A stretch of 64,000 nt of DNA from Thermodesulfobacteriota bacterium. Its GTDB lineage: Bacteria; Desulfobacterota; Desulfobacteria; Desulfobacterales; C00003060. This document shows, in pieces, positions 54,080-64,000 of this stretch. The stretch lies in the NCBI GenBank assembly GCA_034189385.1, contig JAXHVD010000009.1, positions 94,921 to 158,920 of the forward strand, read 5' to 3'. Below the pieces are notes generated by a model, which worked only from the letters and a program-made list of their open reading frames with translations, was not told the DNA's origin and searched no databases. The position numbers and the translations under genes were made by a program. How positions within the stretch are numbered: position 1 is the first letter of the stretch; each line of letters begins with the position of its first letter.

Positions 54080-54463
54080 TCACACCCGCCGACGTTTGGG
54101 CGGCCGACATCCATTATGAGGTATGGGAGTTACATCCTTGATGAGGACAACATTGAACCCTGCAGCCTGAAGGGCCCGCAGCGCAGCTTCACGCCCGGCG
54201 CCAGGCCCCTTCACGTAGACTTCGACATTTCTCATCCCATGTTCCATAGCCTTTTTTGCCGCGTCTTCTGCGGCCAGTTGCGCAGCAAAAGGCGTGCTTT
54301 TTCTTGACCCCTTAAAGCCTTGTATGCCGGCGCTGGACCAGGCAATGACGTTACCACCCGGATCTGTAATAGTGACAATGGTGTTGTTGAAAGTAGACTG
54401 GATATGGGCTATTCCATTCAAGATGTTCTTTTTTTCTCTTCTTTTTTTGGAAGGTCTTGCCAT
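54080..54463 (-). CDS. rpsK: 30S ribosomal protein S11
   Basis: [16 protein letters not shown]. Confidence 0.98.
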   Translation of the reverse strand: MARPSKKRREKKNILNGIAHIQSTFNNTIVTITDPGGNVIAWSSAGIQGFKGSRKSTPFAAQLAAEDAAKKAMEHGMRNVEVYVKGPGAGREAALRALQAAGFNVVLIKDVTPIPHNGCRPPKRRRV

Positions 54464-54483
54464 AATGAGTGCTCTGCCTCCAA

Positions 54484-54855
54484 CTATTTCTTTCTTTTCC
54501 CGGCAACAGTCCGACGCGGTCCCTTCCGAGTCCTGGCGTTGGTGCTAGTACGCTGTCCCCGGACCGGCAAGGATTTTCTGTGGCGAAGTCCACGATAACA
54601 ACCGAGTTCCATGAGTCGCTTTATGTTCATGGAAATTTCTGTCCGGAGTTCCCCCTCAACCTTGTATTCGCCGTCAATGACCTTCCGGATGGCACTGATC
54701 TGATCCTCACCCAGTTGATCCGTTCTTGTATCAAGGTCTACGGCGGCTTCGTGAAGGATTTTTTTAGACGTACTTCTGCCTATGCCGTAAATGTAAGTCA
54801 ACGCTACTTCTACGCGCTTATTCTTCGGTAAATCAACGCCTGCTATACGTGCCAA
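54484..54855 (-). CDS. rpsM: 30S ribosomal protein S13
   Basis: [20 protein letters not shown]. Confidence 0.98.
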   Translation of the reverse strand: MARIAGVDLPKNKRVEVALTYIYGIGRSTSKKILHEAAVDLDTRTDQLGEDQISAIRKVIDGEYKVEGELRTEISMNIKRLMELGCYRGLRHRKSLPVRGQRTSTNARTRKGPRRTVAGKRKK

Positions 54856-54964
54856 TACTCTATCTCCTTTGCATTGATCATGGGCTTTGATTCATCTGCC
54901 CGGCGATGAAGTGTCTCACGTGAACTAGAATTTTGAAGTAGGGAAAATTCAGTGGTCGGAACTG

Positions 54965-55078
54965 TCATCCCTGCTTCTGCTTGTGCCTTTTGTTCTCACA
55001 AAGGACCCTTACAGTGCCTTTTCGACGAATAATTTTGCATTTGATGCACATCCGCTTTACCGATGCCCTTACCTTCAT
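54965..55078 (-). CDS. rpmJ: 50S ribosomal protein L36 (not in the ORF track)
   Basis: Manual translation [37 protein letters not shown]. Confidence 0.97.
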   Translation of the reverse strand: MKVRASVKRMCIKCKIIRRKGTVRVLCENKRHKQKQG

Positions 55079-55087
55079 CTTCACTCC

Positions 55088-56380
55088 TTATCGACGACCC
55101 TTGAATGGCCCCGCTTTTTTCATAAATCCTTCATAATGCCGTGCCAGCATATGACTTTCCATCTGACTAATGGTGTCTATGGCAACGCCAACTACAATTA
55201 GAAGGGCTGTACCGCCAAAGTAAAAGGGAACATTGAATCTTGCAATCATGATGGTGGGCAATACACAAACAGCTGATACATAAATGGCTCCACCAAACGT
55301 TATTCGCGTGAGAACTCGGTCGATGTAATCAGCGGTGCGCTTGCCAGGTCTTATACCCGGAATATAGCCGCCGTATTTCTTCATGTTATCTGCCACATCC
55401 ACTGGATTGAAAGTAACGGCTGTATAAAAAAAGCAGAAGAATATGATAAAGCCGACATAGACAAGGTTATATATGATGCTGCTCGGCGTCATGGCTTGGG
55501 CAACACTTTGAACCCATGGAATATCAATGAAATTGGCGATCGTGGCCGGAAACATGATGATCGAAGAAGCGAAAATGGGCGGGATGACCCCAGAGGTATT
55601 GATCTTGAGAGGCAAGTGCGTACTCTGGCCTCCATACATCTTGCGGCCTACGATCCGTTTGGCGTACTGGACTGGAATACGCCGCTGACCGCGCTCTACG
55701 AATATGATGATGCCAACAACCGCCACCATGAGTACGAGAATGATTAATACCAAGAAAGCCCCCATCTCCCCTGTCTTCAGCAAACGAAAAGTGTTGCTTA
55801 CAGCGCTTGGCATGCGGGCTACAATACCGGCGAATATGATAAGGGAAATGCCATTGCCGATTCCACGCTCGGTGATTTGCTCGCCTAGCCACATGATAAA
55901 AGCCGTACCGGCCGTCAAGGTCAGAACCGTCATTAGTCGAAAACTCCATCCGGGAGCGGCCACTACTTCCATCTTCTCAAGGCCCACACTAATTCCAAAA
56001 CCCTGAATGATACTCAATATGATGGTTCCATAACGAGTATATTGAGTAATCTTTTTGCGTCCCGACTCTCCTTCCTTGGATAGCCTCTCCAAGTGTGGAA
56101 TCACCACCGTGAGGAGCTGCAGGATGATCGACGCGCTGATATAGGGCATAATACCAAGGGCGAAGACCGAAAGCCTTTCCAGTGCACCACCCGAAAACAT
56201 GTCAAAGAGCCCTAACAGCGTCCCTCTGGCGCGGGCAAACTGAGCCGCCAGCGCATCGCCGTCTATCCCCGGCGTTGGCACAGCACATCCTATACGATAT
56301 ACCATCAAAAGGCCGAAGGTATAAAAAATGCGCTTCTTTAACTCTGGGATCTTAAAAACATTCTGAAAACCACCTATCAT
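55088..56380 (-). CDS. secY: Preprotein translocase SecY
   Basis: [27 protein letters not shown]. Confidence 0.98.
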   Translation of the reverse strand: MIGGFQNVFKIPELKKRIFYTFGLLMVYRIGCAVPTPGIDGDALAAQFARARGTLLGLFDMFSGGALERLSVFALGIMPYISASIILQLLTVVIPHLERLSKEGESGRKKITQYTRYGTIILSIIQGFGISVGLEKMEVVAAPGWSFRLMTVLTLTAGTAFIMWLGEQITERGIGNGISLIIFAGIVARMPSAVSNTFRLLKTGEMGAFLVLIILVLMVAVVGIIIFVERGQRRIPVQYAKRIVGRKMYGGQSTHLPLKINTSGVIPPIFASSIIMFPATIANFIDIPWVQSVAQAMTPSSIIYNLVYVGFIIFFCFFYTAVTFNPVDVADNMKKYGGYIPGIRPGKRTADYIDRVLTRITFGGAIYVSAVCVLPTIMIARFNVPFYFGGTALLIVVGVAIDTISQMESHMLARHYEGFMKKAGPFKGRR

Positions 56381-56381
56381 T

Positions 56382-56822
56382 TTAAACCAGCTCCACCCGT
56401 CCGCCGGCAGCTTCCACACCCTGTTGTGCCGACTTGCTGCATCGGTTCACCCTCACAATCAGGGGATGGTCTATGTTGCCGTGGCCTAATAGCTTCACCT
56501 CCTGTCGCTGTCCTTTAACGAGCCTCGCTTCCACAAGGGCGACCTTATCCACAATGGCGTCTTTTTCAAAGCGTCTCAAGTCTCGTAGATTAATAACAGC
56601 ATATTGCTTCTTGAAGATATTCGTAAAGCCCCGTTTGGGCAAACGGCGCTGTAACGGCATCTGACCGCCTTCGAACCCTGGTCTGGTATTACCTCCAGAG
56701 CGGGACTTTTGACCCTTTGACCCTCGGCCCGCGGTCTTCCCATTCCCTGAGCCCGGTCCCCGGCCAACCCGTTTGCGAGATCTGCGGGCGCCCTTTGGGG
56801 GTGACAGCTTACTTAGCTCCAT
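56382..56822 (-). CDS. rplO: 50S ribosomal protein L15
   Basis: [26 protein letters not shown]. Confidence 0.97.
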   Translation of the reverse strand: MELSKLSPPKGARRSRKRVGRGPGSGNGKTAGRGSKGQKSRSGGNTRPGFEGGQMPLQRRLPKRGFTNIFKKQYAVINLRDLRRFEKDAIVDKVALVEARLVKGQRQEVKLLGHGNIDHPLIVRVNRCSKSAQQGVEAAGGRVELV

Positions 56823-57006
56823 CTGCGATTTCCTCGACTTCCAATAGGTGGGACACCTTCTGAACCATTCCCCTGACAACAGGTGTGTCCTTTAGAAGGA
56901 CTTGTCTGTTCAACTTCCTCAAACCCAAGCTTTGAACCGTCCTGCGGTGTTTCTCAGGCCTGCCTATGACGCTTTTCCTTAGCGTGATCTTAAGTGCTCC
57001 AGACAT
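56809..57006 (-). CDS. rpmD: 50S ribosomal protein L30
   Basis: LKITLRKSVIG..LGLRK..RGMVQKV. Confidence 0.95.
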   Translation of the reverse strand: MSGALKITLRKSVIGRPEKHRRTVQSLGLRKLNRQVLLKDTPVVRGMVQKVSHLLEVEEIADGAK

Positions 57007-57096
57007 CAATAGTACCCCTGATTGAAATAGAGCGTCCCTTTTCCCCTGGGAGCTTGTTCAAAGTGAACGGATAATCCAGTCTATGGCAACCACTGG

Positions 57097-57591
57097 TCAG
57101 ATTTCGCCTGGCTGCTTACCGCGTCTGGCCGCAATCCGTTCCCGGCTCCGAAGCTGGGTCAGGCCGTTCAAAGTGGCCTTGACCAGATTGTGAGGGTTGT
57201 GGGACCGCATACATTTCGTTAGGATGTTCTGAACACCAGCAGCTTCCAGTACCGCCCGCACTGCACCACCTGCAATAACTCCAGTACCTTGCGATGCAGG
57301 CTTAAGGAGCACACGGCCAGCACCATATTTCCCCACAACTTCGTAAGGGATGGTATAGTTCACCAAAGGGACTTGGACCATGCTTTTCTTCGCCCGCTCA
57401 ACGCCCTTCCTGATAGCTTCCGGCACCTCATTGGCTTTGCCCAGGCCGTAACCCACACTACCATTGCCGTCTCCAACTACCACCACTACACTGAAACTAA
57501 AGCGGCGTCCCCCTTTGACTACTTTGGCAGTTCGGCTGATATGAACAACCTTGTCTATTAACTGGATCTCTTCTCTTTCTCCGCCAACCAA
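57097..57591 (-). CDS. rpsE: 30S ribosomal protein S5
   Basis: [11 protein letters not shown]. Confidence 0.97.
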   Translation of the reverse strand: MVGGEREEIQLIDKVVHISRTAKVVKGGRRFSFSVVVVVGDGNGSVGYGLGKANEVPEAIRKGVERAKKSMVQVPLVNYTIPYEVVGKYGAGRVLLKPASQGTGVIAGGAVRAVLEAAGVQNILTKCMRSHNPHNLVKATLNGLTQLRSRERIAARRGKQPGEI

Positions 57592-57606
57592 TCGCTTATC
57601 TCCTTG

Positions 57607-57975
57607 CTAGAAATCAAGGCCCTTTTCACGGGCCGCTGTAGCAACTGCACGCACCCGGCCATGATACAGAAATCCATTTCGGTCAAACACGACCCCAGAT
57701 ACCCCTTTTTGCATGGCCTTTTGTGCAACAAGCTCGCCCACAAATTTTGCGGCCTCCACCTTGCTTTCAAATGGAGGATGCTCGCGCACCTCTTTATCGA
57801 GGGTAGAGGCTGCCGCCAGTGTGTTTCCTGTGGTGTCAACGACGACCTGGGCATACATGTGTCGTGCGCTCCGAAAAACCGTAAGCCTCGGTCGATCTTG
57901 AGTTCCAAAGACCCTTTTACGCACCCGCCTTTTCCTTTTCAAACGGGCTTCTTTTTTCTTGCTGAGTCTCCCCAT
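57607..57975 (-). CDS. rplR: 50S ribosomal protein L18
   Basis: [23 protein letters not shown]. Confidence 0.97.
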   Translation of the reverse strand: MGRLSKKKEARLKRKRRVRKRVFGTQDRPRLTVFRSARHMYAQVVVDTTGNTLAAASTLDKEVREHPPFESKVEAAKFVGELVAQKAMQKGVSGVVFDRNGFLYHGRVRAVATAAREKGLDF

Positions 57976-57988
57976 CCTTGAATCACCT

Positions 57989-58528
57989 TTATTGCTTTGC
58001 GCCAGACTTGCCCACCTTGCGTCTGATGCGCTCTTCAACGTACTTAATTCCCTTGCCTTTATAAGGCTCCGGTTTTCTGAAACTCCTTATGGTTGCAGCC
58101 GCCGCCCCCAATAATTCTTTATCAATTCCGGAAAGAACAACTCTGTCCTTTTCTACTGTAGCGGTAATACCATCTGGCAGCTTGTATACAATAGGGTGAG
58201 AGTATCCCAAGGTGAAAGTTAAGACGTTGGACTTCAAGTCCACGCGGTATCCTACACCATTTACTTCCAAGACCCGTTCGAACCCTTGTGTGACGCCAGC
58301 TATCATATTGGCCACTAGTGTGCGTGTCAGTCCCTGCATGGCGGTGGCCTTTTTACTGTTGCCAGACTTCATGACACTGACAACGCCATCCTTGATGGCG
58401 AGCCCCACCTCAGCGTTCATTTCACGAGACAAGTCTCCCTTCGGTCCCGTCACGGTCACTTTCCTACCATCAGAGACCACCTTTACTTTGTCGGGTATGG
58501 GAACCGGTCGATTTCCCACTCGTGACAT
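57989..58528 (-). CDS. rplF: 50S ribosomal protein L6
   Basis: [16 protein letters not shown]. Confidence 0.98.
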   Translation of the reverse strand: MSRVGNRPVPIPDKVKVVSDGRKVTVTGPKGDLSREMNAEVGLAIKDGVVSVMKSGNSKKATAMQGLTRTLVANMIAGVTQGFERVLEVNGVGYRVDLKSNVLTFTLGYSHPIVYKLPDGITATVEKDRVVLSGIDKELLGAAAATIRSFRKPEPYKGKGIKYVEERIRRKVGKSGAKQ

Positions 58529-58622
58529 CGTTGCTATCCCTTTCCTAGATCAGACGATATGTTACTTCGTCCTCATAACTTTACGCCCCTTTAAAGGCGG
58601 GGCATGGTCCAAGAATTCACGT

Positions 58623-59021
58623 TCACCAAATGCTGCAGAGGTGCTCACCTCCAACGTTTTCTTTTCTCGCTTCCCGGTCGGCGAGAATCCCCTTAGAAGT
58701 TGACAGCACGGCAACACCCATCCCATTGAGAACAAATGGGATGTCTTTCTTTTTCACATATACACGACGGCCAGGCTTGCTGACACGCTTTATCCCTGTG
58801 ATGACTCCTTGGTTGGATTCATCATACTTGACATAAATCCGAAGAGTTCCGTGTCCCTGATCTTTAAGGAGTTTATAATTCCGTATATACCCTTCGCTTT
58901 TGAATATCTTGGCCAGACTGACCTTCATTCTAGATGCAGGAATGTCCACCTTACTATGTTTGGCCGTGTTGGCATTCCTTATGCGGGTCAGCATATCAGC
59001 CAACGGATCGCTCATTGCCAT
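58623..59021 (-). CDS. rpsH: 30S ribosomal protein S8
   Basis: DPLADMLTRIRNA, SKPGRRVY. Confidence 0.98.
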   Translation of the reverse strand: MAMSDPLADMLTRIRNANTAKHSKVDIPASRMKVSLAKIFKSEGYIRNYKLLKDQGHGTLRIYVKYDESNQGVITGIKRVSKPGRRVYVKKKDIPFVLNGMGVAVLSTSKGILADREARKENVGGEHLCSIW

Positions 59022-59084
59022 ACCTTGTCTCCCGTCTTTGACTGTGCAACTTTTGTTCTTTGCATATCTCCTGCGATGCCCTGG

Positions 59085-59270
59085 TTACCAGCTAGATTTG
59101 ACGACTCCCGGCAACTGTCCTTTAAGCGCCAAATTCCTGAAACATATACGGCAGACCCCAAATTTGCGCATAAACGCTCTTGGCCGTCCACAGACAGGAC
59201 ACCTTGAATAGGCCCGGGTTGAAAAACGTGGTTCGCGTCTTGCTTTGACCATCATTGCTTTCCTTGCCAC
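59085..59270 (-). CDS. rpsN: 30S ribosomal protein S14 (zinc-binding type Z)
   Basis: CPVCGR..CRICFR. Confidence 0.97.
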   Translation of the reverse strand: MARKAMMVKARREPRFSTRAYSRCPVCGRPRAFMRKFGVCRICFRNLALKGQLPGVVKSSW

Positions 59271-59286
59271 GCACCTCTCCTCTCTC

Positions 59287-59829
59287 TCAATTTCTAAAGG
59301 GCATGCCCATCAACTTAAGGAGTTCTTTACCTTCTTCATCGGTCTGCGCAGTCGTCACGACAGTAATGTTCATACCCTTGATCTTATCAATCTTGTCGTA
59401 ATCGATTTCGGGAAATATGATATGCTCCCTGATTCCCAAAGAATAGTTACCTCGACCATCGAAGGCCTTGCCCGAAACTCCGCGAAAGTCTCGTACCCTT
59501 GGCAATGCAATGTTTACAAGCTTTGTGAAAAAATCATACATGCGGTTTCCTCGGAGGGTCACCATGCAGCCTATGGACAGTCCGGCCCTAAGCTTGAAAG
59601 ACGCTATCGACTTGCGTGCACGGGTTACCAACGGCCGTTGACCAGCTATCAAGGCCAACTCTTCCACCGCAGAATCAAGAATCTTGATATTTTGGATGGC
59701 TTCCCCGAGCCCCATGTTCAGCACAATCTTGCTGAGCTTTGGGACTTGCATGACGTTCTTGTACCCAAACTTTGCCATCAGCTTTGGGCTCAAATCTTGC
59801 CGATAAATGGTTTTCAGATGCGACATCAT
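59287..59829 (-). CDS. rplE: 50S ribosomal protein L5
   Basis: [16 protein letters not shown]. Confidence 0.98.
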   Translation of the reverse strand: MMSHLKTIYRQDLSPKLMAKFGYKNVMQVPKLSKIVLNMGLGEAIQNIKILDSAVEELALIAGQRPLVTRARKSIASFKLRAGLSIGCMVTLRGNRMYDFFTKLVNIALPRVRDFRGVSGKAFDGRGNYSLGIREHIIFPEIDYDKIDKIKGMNITVVTTAQTDEEGKELLKLMGMPFRN

Positions 59830-59912
59830 AAGCCTCTACAAATGAATCACGTGCTGTGTGTTATTCTCAATCTTGTACTCATCATCTGTTATCCACAATG
59901 GAAACGCCCAAC

Positions 59913-60242
59913 CTAGGTATCGATGATTTCTCCACACTTCCTGCAAACCCTGACCTTCTTGCCGTCTTCAAGGCGCCGCATCTTAACTCTCATGGGATTT
60001 ATGCACTTGTCACAAATAATCATCGCGTTAGACCAATGTATGGAAGCTTCTTTCTCTATGATCCCGCCACGGGCTGTTTTACCGCCGGGCCTTGTATGTC
60101 GTTTTACAAAATTGACGTTTTCCACCAGAATGCGCTGCTTGTCATGCAACACTCTCAAGACTTTACCAATTTTGCCTTTTTCCTTGCCAGCAATAACTCT
60201 GACTTTGTCGTCCTTCTTCATGGTGCACCGTTGGGCTGACAT
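59913..60242 (-). CDS. rplX: 50S ribosomal protein L24
   Basis: VIAGKEKGK.GKV, EASIHWSN. Confidence 0.97.
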   Translation of the reverse strand: MSAQRCTMKKDDKVRVIAGKEKGKIGKVLRVLHDKQRILVENVNFVKRHTRPGGKTARGGIIEKEASIHWSNAMIICDKCINPMRVKMRRLEDGKKVRVCRKCGEIIDT

Positions 60243-60273
60243 AGACAGATTCCCCTTTGCCTGAACCCCTGAG

Positions 60274-60642
60274 TTACAATACCTCTGGGGCCAGTGAAAT
60301 AATCTTCATGAACCTTTTTGCCCGGAGTTCTCTAGCGACTGGACCAAATATACGGGTCCCAATTGGCTCTCCATGTTGATTGATCAACACGGCTGAGTTA
60401 TCATCAAACTTTATATAAGAACCATCAGGTCTGCGCAGTTCTTTTTTAGTTCGCACGACGACAGCTCGCATGACATCGCCCTTCTTCACCTTAGCGTGGG
60501 GGATGGCTTCCTTTACTGCAACGACAATGATGTCGCCTATTCTGGCATAACGTCGCCTGCTCCCGCCAAGAACCCTTATGCAATACAACGTCTTTGCACC
60601 TGAATTGTCTGCAACCTGCAACTTCGTTTCCGCTTGTATCAT
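60274..60642 (-). CDS. rplN: 50S ribosomal protein L14
   Basis: [19 protein letters not shown]. Confidence 0.98.
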   Translation of the reverse strand: MIQAETKLQVADNSGAKTLYCIRVLGGSRRRYARIGDIIVVAVKEAIPHAKVKKGDVMRAVVVRTKKELRRPDGSYIKFDDNSAVLINQHGEPIGTRIFGPVARELRAKRFMKIISLAPEVL

Positions 60643-60658
60643 CGGCCTTCAATTCCCG

Positions 60659-60916
60659 TTAGACAGCCTTTTCCATGACTTCGTGAACACGCCACCGTTT
60701 AGTCTTGCTCAACGGCCTCGTTTCTACCACCATCACCTTGTCGCCAACATTGCATATATTCTTCTCGTCATGAACCACGCATTTAGAACGCCGCCTGACG
60801 TATTTCTTGTACACAGGATCTTTCACAGTCCTGTCTACGCTCACAATGATCGTCTTGTCCATCTTGTCGCTTACGACGGTGCCAATCCGTTTTTTCTGTA
60901 TGCCTCGCTTTTTCAT
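60659..60916 (-). CDS. rpsQ: 30S ribosomal protein S17
   Basis: VVSDKMDKT, ETRPLSKTKRW. Confidence 0.97.
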   Translation of the reverse strand: MKKRGIQKKRIGTVVSDKMDKTIIVSVDRTVKDPVYKKYVRRRSKCVVHDEKNICNVGDKVMVVETRPLSKTKRWRVHEVMEKAV

Positions 60917-61068
60917 GTTTTCCAACAACCTTTAAGCGCTGTTCTATATGTCGGCTATTCGACTACTACTTGGGGTTCCCGATAAGCCCCTTGCCTTATC
61001 CAATCTGTAACGTCGTGCAAATAGAAAAAGGTCCTCGTGGCCTCTTTCTTCCCTTTACGAGTTGCAGA

Positions 61069-61275
61069 TCATTCCTCTGGCGTTGCCGTTAATTCCTGCT
61101 CTCTCAGAACTGTTTTCATCCGCGCGATGTCGTGTTTCACATCGCGCATTTTCATTGGGTTTTCAAGTTGATCGGTTGCGTGCTGAAACCTGAGATTGAA
61201 CAACTCCTCTGTAGATTCGCCCAATTTCTGACGGATTTCGTCTGAGCTTAATTCTCTGATTTCACTTGTTTTCAT
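61069..61275 (-). CDS. rpmC: 50S ribosomal protein L29
   Basis: [18 protein letters not shown]. Confidence 0.96.
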   Translation of the reverse strand: MKTSEIRELSSDEIRQKLGESTEELFNLRFQHATDQLENPMKMRDVKHDIARMKTVLREQELTATPEE

Positions 61276-61688
61276 GAGTGCTGACCTCTTGACACAAGGC
61301 GTGTTCTAAACGGCAGCTTGTGTTGGGCGAGGCGAAGGGCCTCTCTTGCAAGCTCTAAGGACACCCCTTCCATTTCGTAGAGGATTCGGCCAGGCTTCAC
61401 AATGGCCACCCAACCCTCGGGAGCCCCCTTTCCCTTGCCCATCCTCGTTTCAGCCGGCTTCTTAGTAAAGGGCTTGTCTGGAAAAACGCGAATCCAAATC
61501 TTTCCGCCTCTCTTTACGTGGCGCGTCATGGCAATACGTGCCGCTTCAATTTGTTGAGCCGTCATCTTGCCACACTCCATCGCCTGCAGTCCAAACTCGC
61601 CAAAGGTGAGTTTGGCTCCCCTATAGGCTGCACCCCTCATTCTCCCTTTCTGTTGTTTCCGATACTTGACCTTCTTGGGACTCAACAT
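61272..61688 (-). CDS. rplP: 50S ribosomal protein L16
   Basis: RMGKGKG. Confidence 0.98.
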   Translation of the reverse strand: MLSPKKVKYRKQQKGRMRGAAYRGAKLTFGEFGLQAMECGKMTAQQIEAARIAMTRHVKRGGKIWIRVFPDKPFTKKPAETRMGKGKGAPEGWVAIVKPGRILYEMEGVSLELAREALRLAQHKLPFRTRLVSRGQHS

Positions 61689-61699
61689 GACGTCTCTCC

Positions 61700-62347
61700 C
61701 TAAGCGGCTACAGCCTTTTCTTTTTCGAGGATCTCACCGTTGAATATCCACACCTTCACGCCTATGAGACCATACGTGGTCCGGGCCTCGGCAAACCCAT
61801 AGTCAATATCTGCCCTCAAGGTGTGAAGTGGAATTCTGCCTTCCTTATACCATTCGGACCGGGCCATCTCGGCGCCACCCAGGCGCCCTGAGCAACACAC
61901 CTTAATCCCCTGAGCGCCAAATCTCATGGCCGAGGCCACACCCCGCTTCATGGCCCGGCGAAAAGCGACGCGCCGCACAATTTGGAGTGCCACGTTTTCA
62001 GCAACAAGCTGAGCGTCCACCTCTGGCTTTCTGACTTCTTGTATGTCTATGACCACTTCCTGAGAAACCATTTTTTCCAATTCTTGCTTCAGCTGTTCGA
62101 TCTCAGCTCCCTTTTTCCCAATCACGATTCCGGGGCGAGCAGTATATATACGCAATCTAATGCGTTTGGCCCACCTTTCGATTTCGATTTTTGAGATGCC
62201 CGCATGATACAGTTTTTTCTTCAGGAATTCTCGAATTCTAAAATCGTCCTCGACGAACCTGGCATAGTCCTTCCCAGCAAACCATCGAGAATCCCAAGAC
62301 TTGATGACTCCCAATCTAAAGCCAAAGGGATTGACCTTTTGTCCCAA
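61700..62347 (-). CDS. rpsC: 30S ribosomal protein S3
   Basis: [22 protein letters not shown]. Confidence 0.98.
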   Translation of the reverse strand: MGQKVNPFGFRLGVIKSWDSRWFAGKDYARFVEDDFRIREFLKKKLYHAGISKIEIERWAKRIRLRIYTARPGIVIGKKGAEIEQLKQELEKMVSQEVVIDIQEVRKPEVDAQLVAENVALQIVRRVAFRRAMKRGVASAMRFGAQGIKVCCSGRLGGAEMARSEWYKEGRIPLHTLRADIDYGFAEARTTYGLIGVKVWIFNGEILEKEKAVAA

Positions 62348-62358
62348 ACCAACCTCCT

Positions 62359-62691
62359 CTACTGTTCCACCAAGACTACCGTTATGTGACTTGTGCGCTT
62401 CAAAATCCTTGTAGCACGCCCCATGGCTCGCGGTCTAAAGCGTTTGAGGCTTGGACCCTGATCGACCACAATACTTGAGATCGACAGGGTATCCACATCA
62501 AGGTCCGGTTTCTGGTCAGCATTGGCCACTGCAGAACGAATGACTTTTGCTAGGATATCGGCCGAACGCTGTGGCATGAAACCCAGGGCATTCAGGGCAT
62601 CCTCCACCCTGCTGCCTTTGATAGCCCTTGCCACTTTTCTAACCTTCGTAGGAGAAATCCTTACGTATTTTGCTATTGCCCTGACTTCCAT
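62359..62691 (-). CDS. rplV: 50S ribosomal protein L22
   Basis: [18 protein letters not shown]. Confidence 0.98.
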   Translation of the reverse strand: MEVRAIAKYVRISPTKVRKVARAIKGSRVEDALNALGFMPQRSADILAKVIRSAVANADQKPDLDVDTLSISSIVVDQGPSLKRFRPRAMGRATRILKRTSHITVVLVEQ

Positions 62692-62703
62692 ATGTCAATC
62701 CGT

Positions 62704-62994
62704 CTATTTTTTGATACCTTTCAAACGCGTTTTCTTGACACCGGCATGGCCGTAAAAAGTCCTTGTCGGCGCAAATTCTCCCAGTTTGTGACCCACCATG
62801 TCTTCTGAAACAAACACCGGAACAAACTTCTTCCCATTATGCACGGCTAGCGTCAATGACACAAATTCAGGGACAATGGTAGAACGTCTAGACCATGTCT
62901 TGATGACCTTGCGACTTCTTGTCTCCTGTGCCGCCAGGGCCCTTCTTAGCAGTTTGGGCTCCACGTAAGGCCCCTTCTTGAGTGAACGTGGCAT
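62704..62994 (-). CDS. rpsS: 30S ribosomal protein S19
   Basis: RSLKKGP, GHKLGEF. Confidence 0.98.
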   Translation of the reverse strand: MPRSLKKGPYVEPKLLRRALAAQETRSRKVIKTWSRRSTIVPEFVSLTLAVHNGKKFVPVFVSEDMVGHKLGEFAPTRTFYGHAGVKKTRLKGIKK

Positions 62995-63095
62995 GTTTTC
63001 TCCTGTTTTTCTTTGTCCCTGTGGATTCCAAGATAATGATTATATCGCCAATACTAAAAATGCTCCTTCTCTGTGAGCGAATGACCGCACGATGC

Positions 63096-63923
63096 TTACC
63101 TCTGCTTACCTCTGACGATATAACGATCACTCACTTTGCGCTTCTTACGAGTTCTGAACCCCTTTGTTGGCCACCCCCATGGCGAGCAGGGATGCCGCCC
63201 GCCTGAGGCCTTCCCTTCACCTCCGCCCATAGGATGGTCCACAGGATTCATTGCCACACCTCGGACCTTTGGTCGACGACCTAGCCAGCGCCTTCGGCCC
63301 GCCTTGCCCAAGGAGATATTCCCGTGTTCTGAATGGCCCACCTGACCCACAGTAGCCCTGCAATCGAGCAATACCATGCGTACCTCGCCAGAGGGGAGCT
63401 TCACCTGGGCATATCGTCCTTCTTTGGCCATCAATTGAGCGTAAATGCCTGCACTCCGCACCAGCTGACTTCCTTTGCCTGGACGCAATTCCACGTTATG
63501 GATCTGAGTGCCAAGGGGAATATTTCGAAGGGGAAGCACGTTGCCAGGTTTAATGTCAGCCCCGTCGCTGGCGATAACCGTATCACCCACAGCAAGGTCC
63601 TGAGGGGCGATGATGTATCGTTTCTCCCCGTCTACATAATGCAGAAGTGCTATGCGTGCCGATCTGTTGGGATCGTATTCTATGGAAGCTACTTTGGCCG
63701 GTACGTCTACCTTATCGCGCTTGAAGTCGATCAGGCGATAACGTCGCTTGTGTCCACCGCCACGGTGGCGACATGTGATGCGGCCATGGGCGTTGCGACC
63801 GCCGCTTTTCTTGAGGGCCCGTACCAGACTCTTTTCTGGTCGCGAGCGCGACAGGTTCTCAAACGTATCATATGTTTGAAATCGTCGTCCCGGTGAGCTA
63901 GGTTTTGTTTTCCTAAGTGCCAT
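63096..63923 (-). CDS. rplB: 50S ribosomal protein L2
   Basis: [24 protein letters not shown]. Confidence 0.98.
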   Translation of the reverse strand: MALRKTKPSSPGRRFQTYDTFENLSRSRPEKSLVRALKKSGGRNAHGRITCRHRGGGHKRRYRLIDFKRDKVDVPAKVASIEYDPNRSARIALLHYVDGEKRYIIAPQDLAVGDTVIASDGADIKPGNVLPLRNIPLGTQIHNVELRPGKGSQLVRSAGIYAQLMAKEGRYAQVKLPSGEVRMVLLDCRATVGQVGHSEHGNISLGKAGRRRWLGRRPKVRGVAMNPVDHPMGGGEGKASGGRHPCSPWGWPTKGFRTRKKRKVSDRYIVRGKQR

Positions 63924-63978
63924 GTTCGTTACCTGTTAACCTTTAGTCAGGGGCCATCAGCCATTCACCATTTGACCG

Positions 63979-64000
63979 TCACACGCCTTCAAAAAAATCG
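63979..64000 (-). CDS. rplW: 3' end of 50S ribosomal protein L23 (partial)
   Basis: ..DFFEGV* immediately upstream of rplB, the expected position. Confidence 0.8.

Noticed and set aside
54912..54927. Second parS-like site TGTCTCACGTGAACTA
   Set aside because: Three mismatches break the palindrome.

Overview
Chromosomal window of a deltaproteobacterium (Desulfobacterota-like gene content; taxon inferred, not proven). The right ~23 kb is housekeeping: mutL, gatA/gatC, argS, eno, kdsC, queE/queC and the S10-spc-alpha ribosomal cluster from the rplW 3' end to rplQ. The left ~40 kb mixes housekeeping genes (degP/Q, nfo, hsp20-lon, two CNNM genes, tRNA-Arg(CCT), pyrE, M16 peptidase, surA/ppiC/mfd, asnA, pcm) with stand-alone secreted or accessory genes. 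Most notable observations: (1) a secreted protein (15869-16792) whose motif order resembles, from recall, the archaeal Methanospirillum/Methanomicrobiales sheath-protein family; (2) two distant, related secreted proteins built from Trp-rich 'WDF(W)' motifs (6839-7465, with 138-bp tandem repeats, and 30073-30471, behind a perfect sigma70 promoter); (3) an unannotated ~110-nt hairpin RNA candidate with its own promoter and U-tract (16970-17081, minus strand); (4) an Smr nuclease-RsmG fusion next to a perfect parS palindrome; (5) tandem NrdR-like boxes in front of a small Cys/His protein; (6) several MITE/REP-like intergenic elements. All family assignments come from reading motifs by eye; no searches were run.
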